Positions 25,535-34,902 of a DNA stretch of 61,502 bases are shown piece by piece. This stretch comes from a virus. A program made the translations under genes and the position numbers. The stretch is from IMG/VR virus record IMGVR_UViG_3300014954_000001; one strand, given 5' to 3'. The notes under the pieces are model-generated. The model was not told the origin of the DNA. It saw only the letters and a program-made list of their open reading frames with translations, and did not search any database. Each line of letters begins with the position of its first letter. The first letter of the stretch is position 1.

Positions 25535-26920
25535 ATGAATTACACAATTATGGTGCTGGCTGCTTATGCGGTAATTATGATTGCGGCAACAGTACTTATG
25601 ACAAACAAAGAGAAAAGCGTCGAAAGGTTTTGTGTTGGAAATAGAAATACAGGATGGTTTATATCTGCATTAAGCATTGCAGCTACATGGATATGGGCTC
25701 CTGCACTATTTACATCAACAGAGAATGCTTATACCAAAGGCTTTGCAGGGCTGTTTTGGTTTCTGGTACCTAATGTGCTTTGTCTCATATTCTTTATTCC
25801 GTTTGCTAGGAGAATAAGAAAAGAAATGCCGGAAGGAATCACACTGTCTGGATATATGCACCAGAAATATCAATCTGAATCGGTAAAAAATATTTACCTG
25901 TTCCAGCTTGGAGCATTATCGGCATTATCTACAGGAGTCCAGTTATTGGCAGGAAGCAAAATATTAAGTATGCTGACAGGCATTCCATTCTGGATCATGA
26001 CAGTAATCATGGCTGTGATTGCTTATTCGTATTCACAGTTCTCTGGAATAAAGGCTTCTATACTGACAGATTCTATACAGATGGTCTTTATGTTGATTGC
26101 AAGCGTTTGCTTTGCAGTTTTCGGCATTAAGAATGGTGGCGGTCTTCAAAATATGTTCGCAGGAATTGGCGGATATACAGGAGAGTGTAGCTCTCTTTTC
26201 TCTGCAAAAGGTATAGAGATATTTCTTGGTTTTGGACTCCCCACAACAGTTGGTCTTATCTCAGGACCATTTGGCGACCAATGTTTTTGGCAGAGAGCAT
26301 TTTGTGTAAAGAAAAATCGAATAGGAAGGGCTTTCTTTGTTGGAGCAATTCTATTTGGCATGGTGCCATTTTCAATGGGAATCCTTGGGTTTGTCGGAGC
26401 TGGAATGGGATATACGGCAATTGATACAGGTGTGATTAACTTTGAACTTATTTCAGAATTATTTCCGAGCTGGGCGGTAATCCCATTTTTATTTATGATT
26501 GTATCTGGATTATTATCTACGATTGACAGTAATCTGTGTGCAATATCATCCCTCACAACAGACATATTCAAAAAGAATACACTCGGAAAGACCAAGATTG
26601 CCATGGTTGCACTGTTGGTAATAGGAATTATAGTTGCCAATATCCCAGGGCTTACAGTTACGCATTTGTTTTTAATGTATGGCACACTCAGAGCAGCAAC
26701 GCTTCTCCCAACAATATTTACATTAAAGGGGGTAAAGCTCAAACCAGAAGGTGTTGTTACTGGCATTGCGACCGCGCTGATTATAGGACTTCCTGTATTT
26801 GCTTATGGAAATATCACAGGAACTGCAGCTTATAAGACAGCAGGCAGCCTTTTGACAGTTCTGTTATCCGGAACAGTTGCTTTGATTGTAAGCAGAAAGA
26901 GGGGTGCAGAGAATGGATAG
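25535..26920 (+). CDS. Sodium:solute symporter (SSF) family transporter
   Basis: 461 aa, highly hydrophobic and multi-TM. N-terminal FCVGNRNTGWFISALSIAATWIWAPALF. ggagg, then ATG at 25535. Confidence 0.8.
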   Translation: MNYTIMVLAAYAVIMIAATVLMTNKEKSVERFCVGNRNTGWFISALSIAATWIWAPALFTSTENAYTKGFAGLFWFLVPNVLCLIFFIPFARRIRKEMPEGITLSGYMHQKYQSESVKNIYLFQLGALSALSTGVQLLAGSKILSMLTGIPFWIMTVIMAVIAYSYSQFSGIKASILTDSIQMVFMLIASVCFAVFGIKNGGGLQNMFAGIGGYTGECSSLFSAKGIEIFLGFGLPTTVGLISGPFGDQCFWQRAFCVKKNRIGRAFFVGAILFGMVPFSMGILGFVGAGMGYTAIDTGVINFELISELFPSWAVIPFLFMIVSGLLSTIDSNLCAISSLTTDIFKKNTLGKTKIAMVALLVIGIIVANIPGLTVTHLFLMYGTLRAATLLPTIFTLKGVKLKPEGVVTGIATALIIGLPVFAYGNITGTAAYKTAGSLLTVLLSGTVALIVSRKRGAENG

Positions 26921-27698
26921 CGTACTCGGAAGAAAGCAGCGAATCAAAAACTCTGACTGGATAGAAACTTTTGACAAAATCGAACAGCTGATAACTAAAA
27001 AAGAGTTGGATCAGCTTGTAGATAAGACCATACAGGATATAAAAGCCAAGACGAAAGGAAAGAAAGCTTCCTACGCATGGAGCGGAGGAAAAGATTCCCT
27101 TGTGCTTGGAGAAATTTGCCGTCGGGCAGGAATAAGCTCCTGCGTCCTCGTAATCAGCAATTTGGAGTATAAAGCATTTACGCAATGGGTTGAGGATAAT
27201 AAGCCTCCGGAATTGTCCATTATCAATACAGGACAGGATATTAAGTGGCTTGTTACTCATCCACACATGCTTTTCCCGCAGGATAGCAAATATGCAGCTC
27301 AATGGTTCCATATTGTTCAACATAGAGGACAAGCAAAATACTACAAAGAAAACAACCTCGATATGCTCCTTCTTGGAAGACGAAGGGCTGATGGGAATTA
27401 TGTTGGAAAAGGTGACAATATCTACACCAACAGCCAAGGGGTTACACGATATAGCCCTTTGTCAGATTGGACGCATGAGCAGGTTTTGGCATATATCCAT
27501 TATTATAATTTGGCTATGCCGCCTATATATGATTGGAAAAATGGCTATCTATGCGGAACGCATCCTTGGCCAGCAAGGCAATGGACAGGAAGTACAGAGA
27601 ATGCCTGGAGCGAAATCTATGAGATTGACAGCTCCATAGTAATTGAGGCGGCAGAATATTTTGAGAGTGCAAAAGCATTCTTAAAGACAATAAAATAA
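26913..27698 (+). CDS. PAPS-reductase-like PP-loop ATP pyrophosphatase (copy 1)
   Basis: YAWSGGKDSLVL P-loop, LLLGRRRADG, YSPLSDWTHEQVLAYI. The ATG overlaps the transporter stop (atggatag). Confidence 0.75.
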   Translation: MDSVLGRKQRIKNSDWIETFDKIEQLITKKELDQLVDKTIQDIKAKTKGKKASYAWSGGKDSLVLGEICRRAGISSCVLVISNLEYKAFTQWVEDNKPPELSIINTGQDIKWLVTHPHMLFPQDSKYAAQWFHIVQHRGQAKYYKENNLDMLLLGRRRADGNYVGKGDNIYTNSQGVTRYSPLSDWTHEQVLAYIHYYNLAMPPIYDWKNGYLCGTHPWPARQWTGSTENAWSEIYEIDSSIVIEAAEYFESAKAFLKTIK

Positions 27699-27711
27699 GT
27701 TGCTGACACTT

Positions 27712-27752
27712 GACAGCATTTGCAGACAAAAGACTGCAAGTGCTGTCTTTTT
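27712..27752 (+). terminator. Strong rho-independent terminator
   Basis: 14-bp stem gacagcatttgcag / ctgcaagtgctgtc, 8-nt loop, ttttt. Confidence 0.8.
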
Positions 27753-27779
27753 GCTATTTGCAGATAGCGTATATATCAT
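27751..27779 (+). promoter_or_regulatory. Candidate promoter TTGCTA-17-TATCAT
   Basis: Immediately after the terminator and upstream of the ParB-like gene. Confidence 0.4.
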
Positions 27780-27820
27780 ACGGATTTGTTCCTCCAATCA
27801 AAATACAGGAGGAAACAAAG

Positions 27821-28450
27821 ATGGAAATTATCACAATGAAGCTGGTGGACCTCGTGAAGCCAGAAAAGAATGTCAGAATTCATACGGAGCAACAGCTGAA
27901 AGAGTTCCAAAGAAGTGTCAAAATGTTCGGACAGATCCGTCCGATTGTTGTTGACGAAAACAATGTAATCTTGGCAGGAAATGGTTTGTATGAAACATTG
28001 ATTGCCATGGGAAAAGAAACAGCTGATGTTTATAAGTATGACAACCTTACTGAAAATCAGAAAAAGAAGCTGATGATTGCAGACAATAAGATTTTCAGCC
28101 TAGGTATTGAAAATCTCGATACACTCAATAGCTTTTTAGAGGACCTGCAGGGCGACCTTGATATCCCGGGCTTTGATGAAGACATATTAAAGCAGATGGT
28201 GTCAGAGGCAGAGGATGTTACAGAAAAGCTCTCCGAGTATGGAACTTTGGATGATGAAGAAATCCAGAGCATTAAAGAAAGCGGAGAGAGAAAAGAACAG
28301 CAGATTCAAAAAGCGGAGGCGGAGCAGGCAACACCAGCACCGCAGCCGATTGCTCAGCCACAACAGGAAATGCCAGAGGACAGTGAAGATACCACCGAAG
28401 TAAAGAAATTTGTTATCTGTCCGAAATGCGGGGAGAAAATATGGCTATAA
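27821..28450 (+). CDS. ParB/Srx-like N-terminal domain protein with degenerate arginine motif and C-terminal zinc ribbon
   Basis: KPEKNVRIHTEQQLKEFQRSVKMFGQIRPIVVDENNVILAGNGLYETL. C-terminal CPKCGEK. aggagg, then ATG at 27821. Confidence 0.65.
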   Translation: MEIITMKLVDLVKPEKNVRIHTEQQLKEFQRSVKMFGQIRPIVVDENNVILAGNGLYETLIAMGKETADVYKYDNLTENQKKKLMIADNKIFSLGIENLDTLNSFLEDLQGDLDIPGFDEDILKQMVSEAEDVTEKLSEYGTLDDEEIQSIKESGERKEQQIQKAEAEQATPAPQPIAQPQQEMPEDSEDTTEVKKFVICPKCGEKIWL

Positions 28451-29589
28451 AGCGGTGTGAATCCAGTATAGATGTTGTAAAGGCCGCCAAAATCCGTATA
28501 AGAAATGTATTCCAAAACGGATTGCCGGTGTATATGTCTTTCAGCGGTGGTAAGGACAGCCTTTGTATGGCACAGCTTGTTATGGAGCTTGTGCAGGCAG
28601 GGGAAATCAATCCGGCACAGCTTACTGTACAATTTATAGACGAGGAAGCCATTTTCCCTTGCATGGAAGATAAGGTGAAAGAATGGCGAAAGAAATTTAT
28701 GCTAATTGGAGCAAAGTTTGAGTGGTATTGCTTAGAAGTAAAACACTACAACTGCTTTAATGAGTTGTCCAACGATGAAACTTTTATTTGTTGGGACAGA
28801 TATAAAAAAGACGTTTGGGTAAGACAGCCGCCATCATTCGCAATCAGAAATCATCCGCTGTTAAGACCTCGTATCGATGCATATCAGGATTTCCTTCCAA
28901 GAATATGCAGCGGAGGAATAACAATTACCGGAATCAGGACAGCGGAATCCGTGCAGAGATTGCAAAATATTGCAACTATGCTTAAAGCTGGAAAGACAAT
29001 GACAAATAAGCACCAGGTCTTTCCAATATACGATTGGACCAATAATGATGTATGGCTTTACCTCCTTCGAGAAAAGGTTGATATACCGGAAATATACCTG
29101 TTCTTATGGCAGTCTGGGACACGAAAAGGACAATTAAGAGTATCACAGTTCTTTTCGATTGACACGGCAAAGAGCCTTGTCAAAATGAATGAGTATTATC
29201 CGAACCTTATGGAACGGATAGTAAGACGGGAACCTAACGCATATCTCGCAGCCTTATATTGGGATAGTGAGATGTTTGGTAGGAGCACAGCTGCAAGAAA
29301 ACAAAATGAGAAGGGAATGGCTGAGAAAGATTATAAAGCGGCTCTTTTGGAACTGTTTTCAGATATGAACGGAAATTTCCAAACAAAGCACAAGAGATAT
29401 GTTGCTGAACGATACAGGAACTTTTTTATGAGTGTTTCTGCTATTGCGGACAATAAGGATTGCAAGGCCATATATGAAGGACTTATTTCTGGTGATCCAA
29501 AGCTGCGTTCCTATCGTGCTTTATATCAGAGAATCTATGGTAAATACATTACAGAAGCCAAAAAGAAGGAGGGCATGACAAATGGATAA
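28441..29589 (+). CDS. IbrA-like PAPS-reductase-family PP-loop protein with long C-terminal extension (copy 2)
   Basis: MSFSGGKDSLCMAQL, ITGIRTAES, PIYDWTNNDVWLYL, plus a ~150-aa C-terminal region. Overlaps both neighbours. Confidence 0.7.
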   Translation: MAIKRCESSIDVVKAAKIRIRNVFQNGLPVYMSFSGGKDSLCMAQLVMELVQAGEINPAQLTVQFIDEEAIFPCMEDKVKEWRKKFMLIGAKFEWYCLEVKHYNCFNELSNDETFICWDRYKKDVWVRQPPSFAIRNHPLLRPRIDAYQDFLPRICSGGITITGIRTAESVQRLQNIATMLKAGKTMTNKHQVFPIYDWTNNDVWLYLLREKVDIPEIYLFLWQSGTRKGQLRVSQFFSIDTAKSLVKMNEYYPNLMERIVRREPNAYLAALYWDSEMFGRSTAARKQNEKGMAEKDYKAALLELFSDMNGNFQTKHKRYVAERYRNFFMSVSAIADNKDCKAIYEGLISGDPKLRSYRALYQRIYGKYITEAKKKEGMTNG

Positions 29590-30103
29590 GAAATTGAGTA
29601 GCCCACTTTCTACTCTCCAATGGGTAGACAGGGATATGGTAAAACCAAACGATTACAACCCAAATAAAGTGTCAAAACAGAATTTGGAATTGCTGAAGCA
29701 ATCCATATTAACCAATGGATGGACATTACCAATTGTTGTGAGACCGGATTTCACGATTATTGATGGTTTCCACCGATGGACTGTTGCAGGAGAAGAACCT
29801 TTGAAGTCAATGCTTGAAGGCAAGGTTCCTGTTGTAATTGTAGAACATAAGGATAAAGCCGGTAATATTTACGGTACTGTAACCCACAACAGGGCAAGAG
29901 GTACACATTTGCTTGAACCTATGAAAGCGATTGTTAAAGAGCTTATGGGAGAGGGGAAATCTGTTGAAGAAATCGGTAAGCAGCTTGGCATGAGGCCAGA
30001 GGAAATATTCCGATTATCGGACTTCTCCAAAGAAGACTTTTTGAATATGATGATTAAACCAAATCAGGGTTATTCAAAAGCAGAGTTTATAACGAAGATT
30101 TAA
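29582..30103 (+). CDS. IbrB-like ParB/Srx-domain protein
   Basis: VKPNDYNPNKV...LPIVVRPDFTIIDGFHRW...THNRARG. Confidence 0.7.
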   Translation: MDKKLSSPLSTLQWVDRDMVKPNDYNPNKVSKQNLELLKQSILTNGWTLPIVVRPDFTIIDGFHRWTVAGEEPLKSMLEGKVPVVIVEHKDKAGNIYGTVTHNRARGTHLLEPMKAIVKELMGEGKSVEEIGKQLGMRPEEIFRLSDFSKEDFLNMMIKPNQGYSKAEFITKI

Positions 30104-30204
30104 TGTTAAAACAATAAATATTCGTGAGAGTGACACACGGGAGGGCATACACCCTCCCTCTTGTGCGTCCACGATTGCAAAACGAACAGGAGAGAGGTGG
30201 TGAT

Positions 30205-31014
30205 ATGCCGAGAGCACCGAGCGAGAAAGTAACACAAGCTGAAAAGCTATTCAATGATGGTATGGCAATGGTTGAGATTGCTAAGAAACTGGAAGTTTCA
30301 GACGGAACAGTCCGCAGCTGGAAGAACCGGTACGGATGGGGAAAAGCCTCAAAAAAAAACAAGTGCAACGTTGCGAAAAAAAATGAGAAGAAAAATGCAA
30401 CGTTGCAAAAGAAAAAGAGGGGAGGTCAACCCAAAAATCAGAATGCAAAAGGCGGTTCTGGCAATCCAAACCCAAACCCTCCACCAGACAGAACAAAGCA
30501 TGGCGGTTATGTTCCTGTATTTATGGATGCGTTGGATTCAGATGAGCAGGAACTTCTTGGGTCTATTCCAGAAGATACAGAGCTTCAACTGATGGAACAG
30601 ATACAGCTTTTTTCGATTAGAGAGCGAAGAATACTTAAAGCAATCAATAAATACCGCGAACAAAAAGGAGAGGTTGCGGTAATGGATGTGAACCGAAGCG
30701 AGTCAAAACGCTCGTTTAAAGACCAAGAGGAAGAGGCAGAGTACGATAGGCGCCAGAAGGAGAAGGTTGATAATAAAGAAATTCTTCCGGGTAAGTCCTA
30801 TAATATAGCAACACACACAGCCAATAAGGATATGATCATAGCGAGGCTGGAACAGGAACTTTCTACTGTGCAGAGCAAAAAGACAAAGGCTATTGAAGCG
30901 TTGTCCAAGTATCGCATAGAAAAGGCAAGGCTTGAAAGTGAAAGTGCTGGCAACGATGCGGTTGATGATTGGATTGCAGCTGTATTGGGAGAGGAAGTGA
31001 GCGAAGATGAATAA
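30205..31014 (+). CDS. terS: Terminase small subunit
   Basis: N-terminal HTH AEKLFNDGMAMVEIAKKLEVSDGTVRSWKNRYGW, then a coiled coil. Immediately upstream of the large subunit. Confidence 0.7.
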   Translation: MPRAPSEKVTQAEKLFNDGMAMVEIAKKLEVSDGTVRSWKNRYGWGKASKKNKCNVAKKNEKKNATLQKKKRGGQPKNQNAKGGSGNPNPNPPPDRTKHGGYVPVFMDALDSDEQELLGSIPEDTELQLMEQIQLFSIRERRILKAINKYREQKGEVAVMDVNRSESKRSFKDQEEEAEYDRRQKEKVDNKEILPGKSYNIATHTANKDMIIARLEQELSTVQSKKTKAIEALSKYRIEKARLESESAGNDAVDDWIAAVLGEEVSEDE

Positions 31015-32437
31015 GAACTCACGGACATTACGAAGAAAATTCTTCCAGAAGAAAATCCCAATATACAGGAAAAATCCGGTGCTATTTGCACAAGAGGTAT
31101 TACTGTTTGAGCCTGATGATTGGCAAAAACAAGCTTTGATGGATTTGGCGGAAAGCCCAAAGGTTGCAATCAAGTCTGGACAGGGTGTTGGAAAAACAGG
31201 TATGGAAGCCGTTGCTCTGCTGTGGTTTTTATGCTGCTATCCCTATCCGAGAATTGTTGCAACAGCTCCTACCAAACAGCAGTTGCACGATGTATTGTGG
31301 TCCGAAGTCAGCAAGTGGATGAGCAAGTCTCCTTTGCTCTCAGACATCCTCAAATGGACGAAGACCTATATTTATATGGTTGGCAACGAAAAGCGTTGGT
31401 TTGCCGTAGCTAGGACTGCTACAAAGCCAGAGAATATGCAAGGTTTCCACGAGGACAATATGCTGTTTATTGTTGATGAAGCTTCTGGTGTTGCAGATCC
31501 TATCATGGAAGCAATACTTGGCACTCTTTCTGGAGCAAACAATAAGCTGCTGATGTGCGGAAACCCTACAAGAACATCTGGAACATTTTACGATGCTTTC
31601 AATGTGGATAGGTCGATATACAGGTGCCATACGGTATCGTCTGCAGATAGTAAGAGAACCAACAAGCAGAATATCGAATCTCTCATACGGAAATATGGGA
31701 AAGACAGTAATGTTGTTCTTGTCCGTGTGTTCGGAGAATTTCCAAAGCAGGAAGATGATGTGTTTATAGCCCTTTCCATAGTAGAACATTGCTGTATGCT
31801 GGATTTGCCAGACGATGTTCCTATTAAGCGAATATCATTCGGTGTGGATGTTGCGAGATATGGCTCGGATGAAACAGTTATTGCTAAGAACGTAGGAGGA
31901 AGAATAACGCTTCCTGTATCGTTCAGAGGGCAAAGCCTTATGACGACAGTTGGAAAGATAGTACAGCTCTATAGACAAGCTATAACAGAGTTTCCACGAT
32001 ACAGAGGGAAGATATACATTAACATTGATGATTGCGGCCTTGGTGGCGGGGTTACAGACCGTCTTGAGGAAGTAAAGCAGGAAGAAAAGCTCACACGAAT
32101 GGTAATTGTTCCGGTTAATGCCGCAGGTAAAGTTCCGGAAGAAACACTTGGTGATGGGAAACAGAAAGCCTGTGATATTTACGACAATATGACAACATAT
32201 CTTTGGGGCACAGTGAAAGATGCCTTGATGATGGAGGAAGTAAGTCTGGAAAATGACAATGAGCTTGTTGCTCAGTTTACTTGCAGGAAATATAGGCTGA
32301 CGAGCAGGGGGAAGATGCTGCTTGAAAGCAAAGAGGAAATGAAGAAACGAGGAATTGATTCCCCGGATAGAGCAGATGCGGTTGCACTGTCTTGCTACCA
32401 GAAAAAGACATTCAATATCGGAAGTCTCGTAGATTAG
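31007..32437 (+). CDS. terL: Terminase large subunit
   Basis: Walker A KSGQGVGKTG, Walker B MLFIVDEASGV, C-terminal nuclease-like region with D residues. Confidence 0.85.
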   Translation: MNKNSRTLRRKFFQKKIPIYRKNPVLFAQEVLLFEPDDWQKQALMDLAESPKVAIKSGQGVGKTGMEAVALLWFLCCYPYPRIVATAPTKQQLHDVLWSEVSKWMSKSPLLSDILKWTKTYIYMVGNEKRWFAVARTATKPENMQGFHEDNMLFIVDEASGVADPIMEAILGTLSGANNKLLMCGNPTRTSGTFYDAFNVDRSIYRCHTVSSADSKRTNKQNIESLIRKYGKDSNVVLVRVFGEFPKQEDDVFIALSIVEHCCMLDLPDDVPIKRISFGVDVARYGSDETVIAKNVGGRITLPVSFRGQSLMTTVGKIVQLYRQAITEFPRYRGKIYINIDDCGLGGGVTDRLEEVKQEEKLTRMVIVPVNAAGKVPEETLGDGKQKACDIYDNMTTYLWGTVKDALMMEEVSLENDNELVAQFTCRKYRLTSRGKMLLESKEEMKKRGIDSPDRADAVALSCYQKKTFNIGSLVD

Positions 32438-32448
32438 GAGGTGAGGAA

Positions 32449-34611
32449 ATGCAGGACAATGAGAAAGAAAGCAGAGCAGATGGATATAAGAATCTGATGA
32501 ATAAGTATGGTACTCAAGATGATGTGTCAGAGCAGTATCGTTTTGAGAGTGATGATCCTGTAACAGATGTGGAACTCACACTGAACTACGAGGAAAACGG
32601 ATTGTTCGCTAAGATAATAGATATCCCATCTGATGATGCTGTTAGTAGTGGATTTGAATATGGTGTAAATGATGTTGACCTGGAAACATTTATAAATGAT
32701 TCACTTGACGAGTTGGACTTTGAGGGTGCAGCTTCTACAGCTATCAAATGGTCGAGACTTTATGGCGGATCGCTTATGGTTATGATTATTGATGATGGCA
32801 AACAGATTGATGAACCTGTTGATTGGGATAACATCAGAGGCATTGATGAATTGCTGGTGTTTGAAAGACCACTGATTACACCAGACTACAATAGCATATA
32901 CAATCATGATCCGAAGACTGGTAAATGGTCCAAATTTGGAAAGCCAGAGTTTTACGACATATCGCCTATGTATGGCAGACAGTTCAGAGTGCACGAGAGC
33001 AGATGCCTTCTTTTCAAGAATGGAACACTGCCACAGTCAAGCTCAAGGACGGAGTATCGGTTCTTTGGTATGCCAGAGTACACGAGAATACATAAAGCCT
33101 TGCAGGAAACTGTTACATCGCATGGAAATGGAGTTAAACTGCTTGATAGGGCGGTACAGGCAATTTACAAGATGAATGACCTTGCCAATCTTCTGGAAAC
33201 AGACGAGGGCGAGGATATTGTTCTTAGAAGATTGCGTATAATTGATATGGCAAAAGGCATCATCAATTCTATAGCTATTGATGCGAACGGAGAAGATTAC
33301 GATTATAAGACTGTGACATTTTCCGGAGTAAAGGATATTATCGATGCGACATGCAATATGCTTTCGGCAGTAACAAACATCCCACAGACGAAGCTCTTTG
33401 GAAGGTCACCAGCCGGCGAAAACTCCACCGGAGAGGGAGATATGGAGAACTATTACTCCTATGTGAATAAGATTCAGAAGTTGAACCTCAAAAGAAATCT
33501 TGGAGTGCTGATTGATATTATCTTGATAGCCGGAAAGTATAAAGGCGAGTTCGAGGAAATACCGGATTATACACTGAAATTTAAACCTCTTTGGAATCTA
33601 AGTGAAGCGGAACAGGCTGGGGTTGATCAGACGAAGGCGGCAACTGAACTTACAAAGGCACAGACCGCACAGGTTTATGTCGATATGCAGGCTCTTGATG
33701 CTTCGGAAGTCAGAAAGCGATTGGCAGAGAACGGAGAATTTACTGTTAATGATATTCTGGATGATGAAGACGATTGGGAGGCTATGGTAGATGATGCTCC
33801 GGTTAATGCCAATGAATCAGCCGAAACATCGAATACAGCATTGTCTGCAGAAACAAAAGCACCAAAGGAGCAGGAAGAAACTGAAACTGATTCAGCAACG
33901 GATACAACTATTCCTACCGGATGCGGTGTCATTGTTGTGAAAGATGGGAAAGTGCTTGTTGGCACAAGGAAAGACAATGGACTTGTGTGTGGACCTGGAG
34001 GACATATTGAAATAGGGGAAACACCGGAAGATGCGGCTATAAGAGAAACAAGGGAAGAATTTGGCATCAATATAGCAAATATAATTCCAGTAACTTTGAT
34101 TTCTGGTATGTCCGAACAATATTGTCCTTCGCAGGTTTTTCTATGCACAGAGTATTATGGAAATCCAATATGCTTTAATACAGAGATGGAAGATGCCCGT
34201 TTTGAAGATGTAGGAAGTGTTCTTGACATGGACTTATTCCTTCCGTTTAGACTTTCACTTGAGGACTTTCTAAGGCAACTGGATGAAATTCGGTTGACAG
34301 CTGAGGTAAGTCAAAGTAATATGGAAGCAGATGGAGGTCCTGGCTCCGGAAGATACCCAAAGGGTAGCGGAAAAAAGAATGAAAAGAGCGGCTCTAAGAA
34401 AAAGAAATCCCAGTCCTTGCCAATGACTGCAAAGGAAAAGGCGAAGGTGACGCATGATATAAATAATGTGTATCACGCAAAGTATAAGGGTAAGTCGAGC
34501 TGCTATATAAGGACGCATTCAAATGAGCCAGATAGCCCAGCTTATGTATATCGATTCAGAAACCATGGCTTTGATGATTACGAAATATACATGAAGGAAT
34601 CCACAGATTAA
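32449..34611 (+). CDS. Portal protein (DUF1073-like) fused to a C-terminal NUDIX hydrolase domain and a basic tail
   Basis: 720 aa. Portal-like for the first ~470 aa. Nudix box GHIEIGETPEDAAIRETREEFGI at 34000-34068. Continuous ORF. Confidence 0.75.
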   Translation: MQDNEKESRADGYKNLMNKYGTQDDVSEQYRFESDDPVTDVELTLNYEENGLFAKIIDIPSDDAVSSGFEYGVNDVDLETFINDSLDELDFEGAASTAIKWSRLYGGSLMVMIIDDGKQIDEPVDWDNIRGIDELLVFERPLITPDYNSIYNHDPKTGKWSKFGKPEFYDISPMYGRQFRVHESRCLLFKNGTLPQSSSRTEYRFFGMPEYTRIHKALQETVTSHGNGVKLLDRAVQAIYKMNDLANLLETDEGEDIVLRRLRIIDMAKGIINSIAIDANGEDYDYKTVTFSGVKDIIDATCNMLSAVTNIPQTKLFGRSPAGENSTGEGDMENYYSYVNKIQKLNLKRNLGVLIDIILIAGKYKGEFEEIPDYTLKFKPLWNLSEAEQAGVDQTKAATELTKAQTAQVYVDMQALDASEVRKRLAENGEFTVNDILDDEDDWEAMVDDAPVNANESAETSNTALSAETKAPKEQEETETDSATDTTIPTGCGVIVVKDGKVLVGTRKDNGLVCGPGGHIEIGETPEDAAIRETREEFGINIANIIPVTLISGMSEQYCPSQVFLCTEYYGNPICFNTEMEDARFEDVGSVLDMDLFLPFRLSLEDFLRQLDEIRLTAEVSQSNMEADGGPGSGRYPKGSGKKNEKSGSKKKKSQSLPMTAKEKAKVTHDINNVYHAKYKGKSSCYIRTHSNEPDSPAYVYRFRNHGFDDYEIYMKESTD

Positions 34612-34623
34612 GGAGGTTGTCCT

Positions 34624-34824
34624 ATGAAAGAACAGTTATTAGCTGAATTGAAGGAATTGACTGAAAATGTCTCAGACACATACGATGACTTTGTGTATGG
34701 AATAAACTGTACAATGAAAAAGCAGGATGAAGAGGACATTCAAAGTGTCATTGATTTCATCAAAGAGAATCCAGAGAGAACATCATCCGATATTATTGAG
34801 TATTTGGATGAACTTGGAATATAA
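34624..34824 (+). CDS. Small acidic hypothetical protein
   Basis: 66 aa. aggaggttgtcct, then ATG. Followed by two terminators. Confidence 0.55.
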   Translation: MKEQLLAELKELTENVSDTYDDFVYGINCTMKKQDEEDIQSVIDFIKENPERTSSDIIEYLDELGI

Positions 34825-34861
34825 GATACGAGCCTTGCTGAGCGTGAGGCTCTTTTCTTTT

Positions 34862-34902
34862 GCCCTGTAGTGCCGCTAATTGTGGCATTATGGGGCTTTT
34901 TT
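34862..34902 (+). terminator. Rho-independent terminator (a weaker one sits at 34830-34860)
   Basis: 13-bp stem (3 G-U) gccctgtagtgcc / ggcattatggggc, 9-nt loop, tttttt. Confidence 0.6.

Noticed and set aside
26146-26835. 206-aa minus-strand ORF and 99-aa plus-strand alternative-frame ORF within the symporter gene
   Set aside because: They lie inside a strongly hydrophobic, clearly coding SSF gene. They have no independent start signals.
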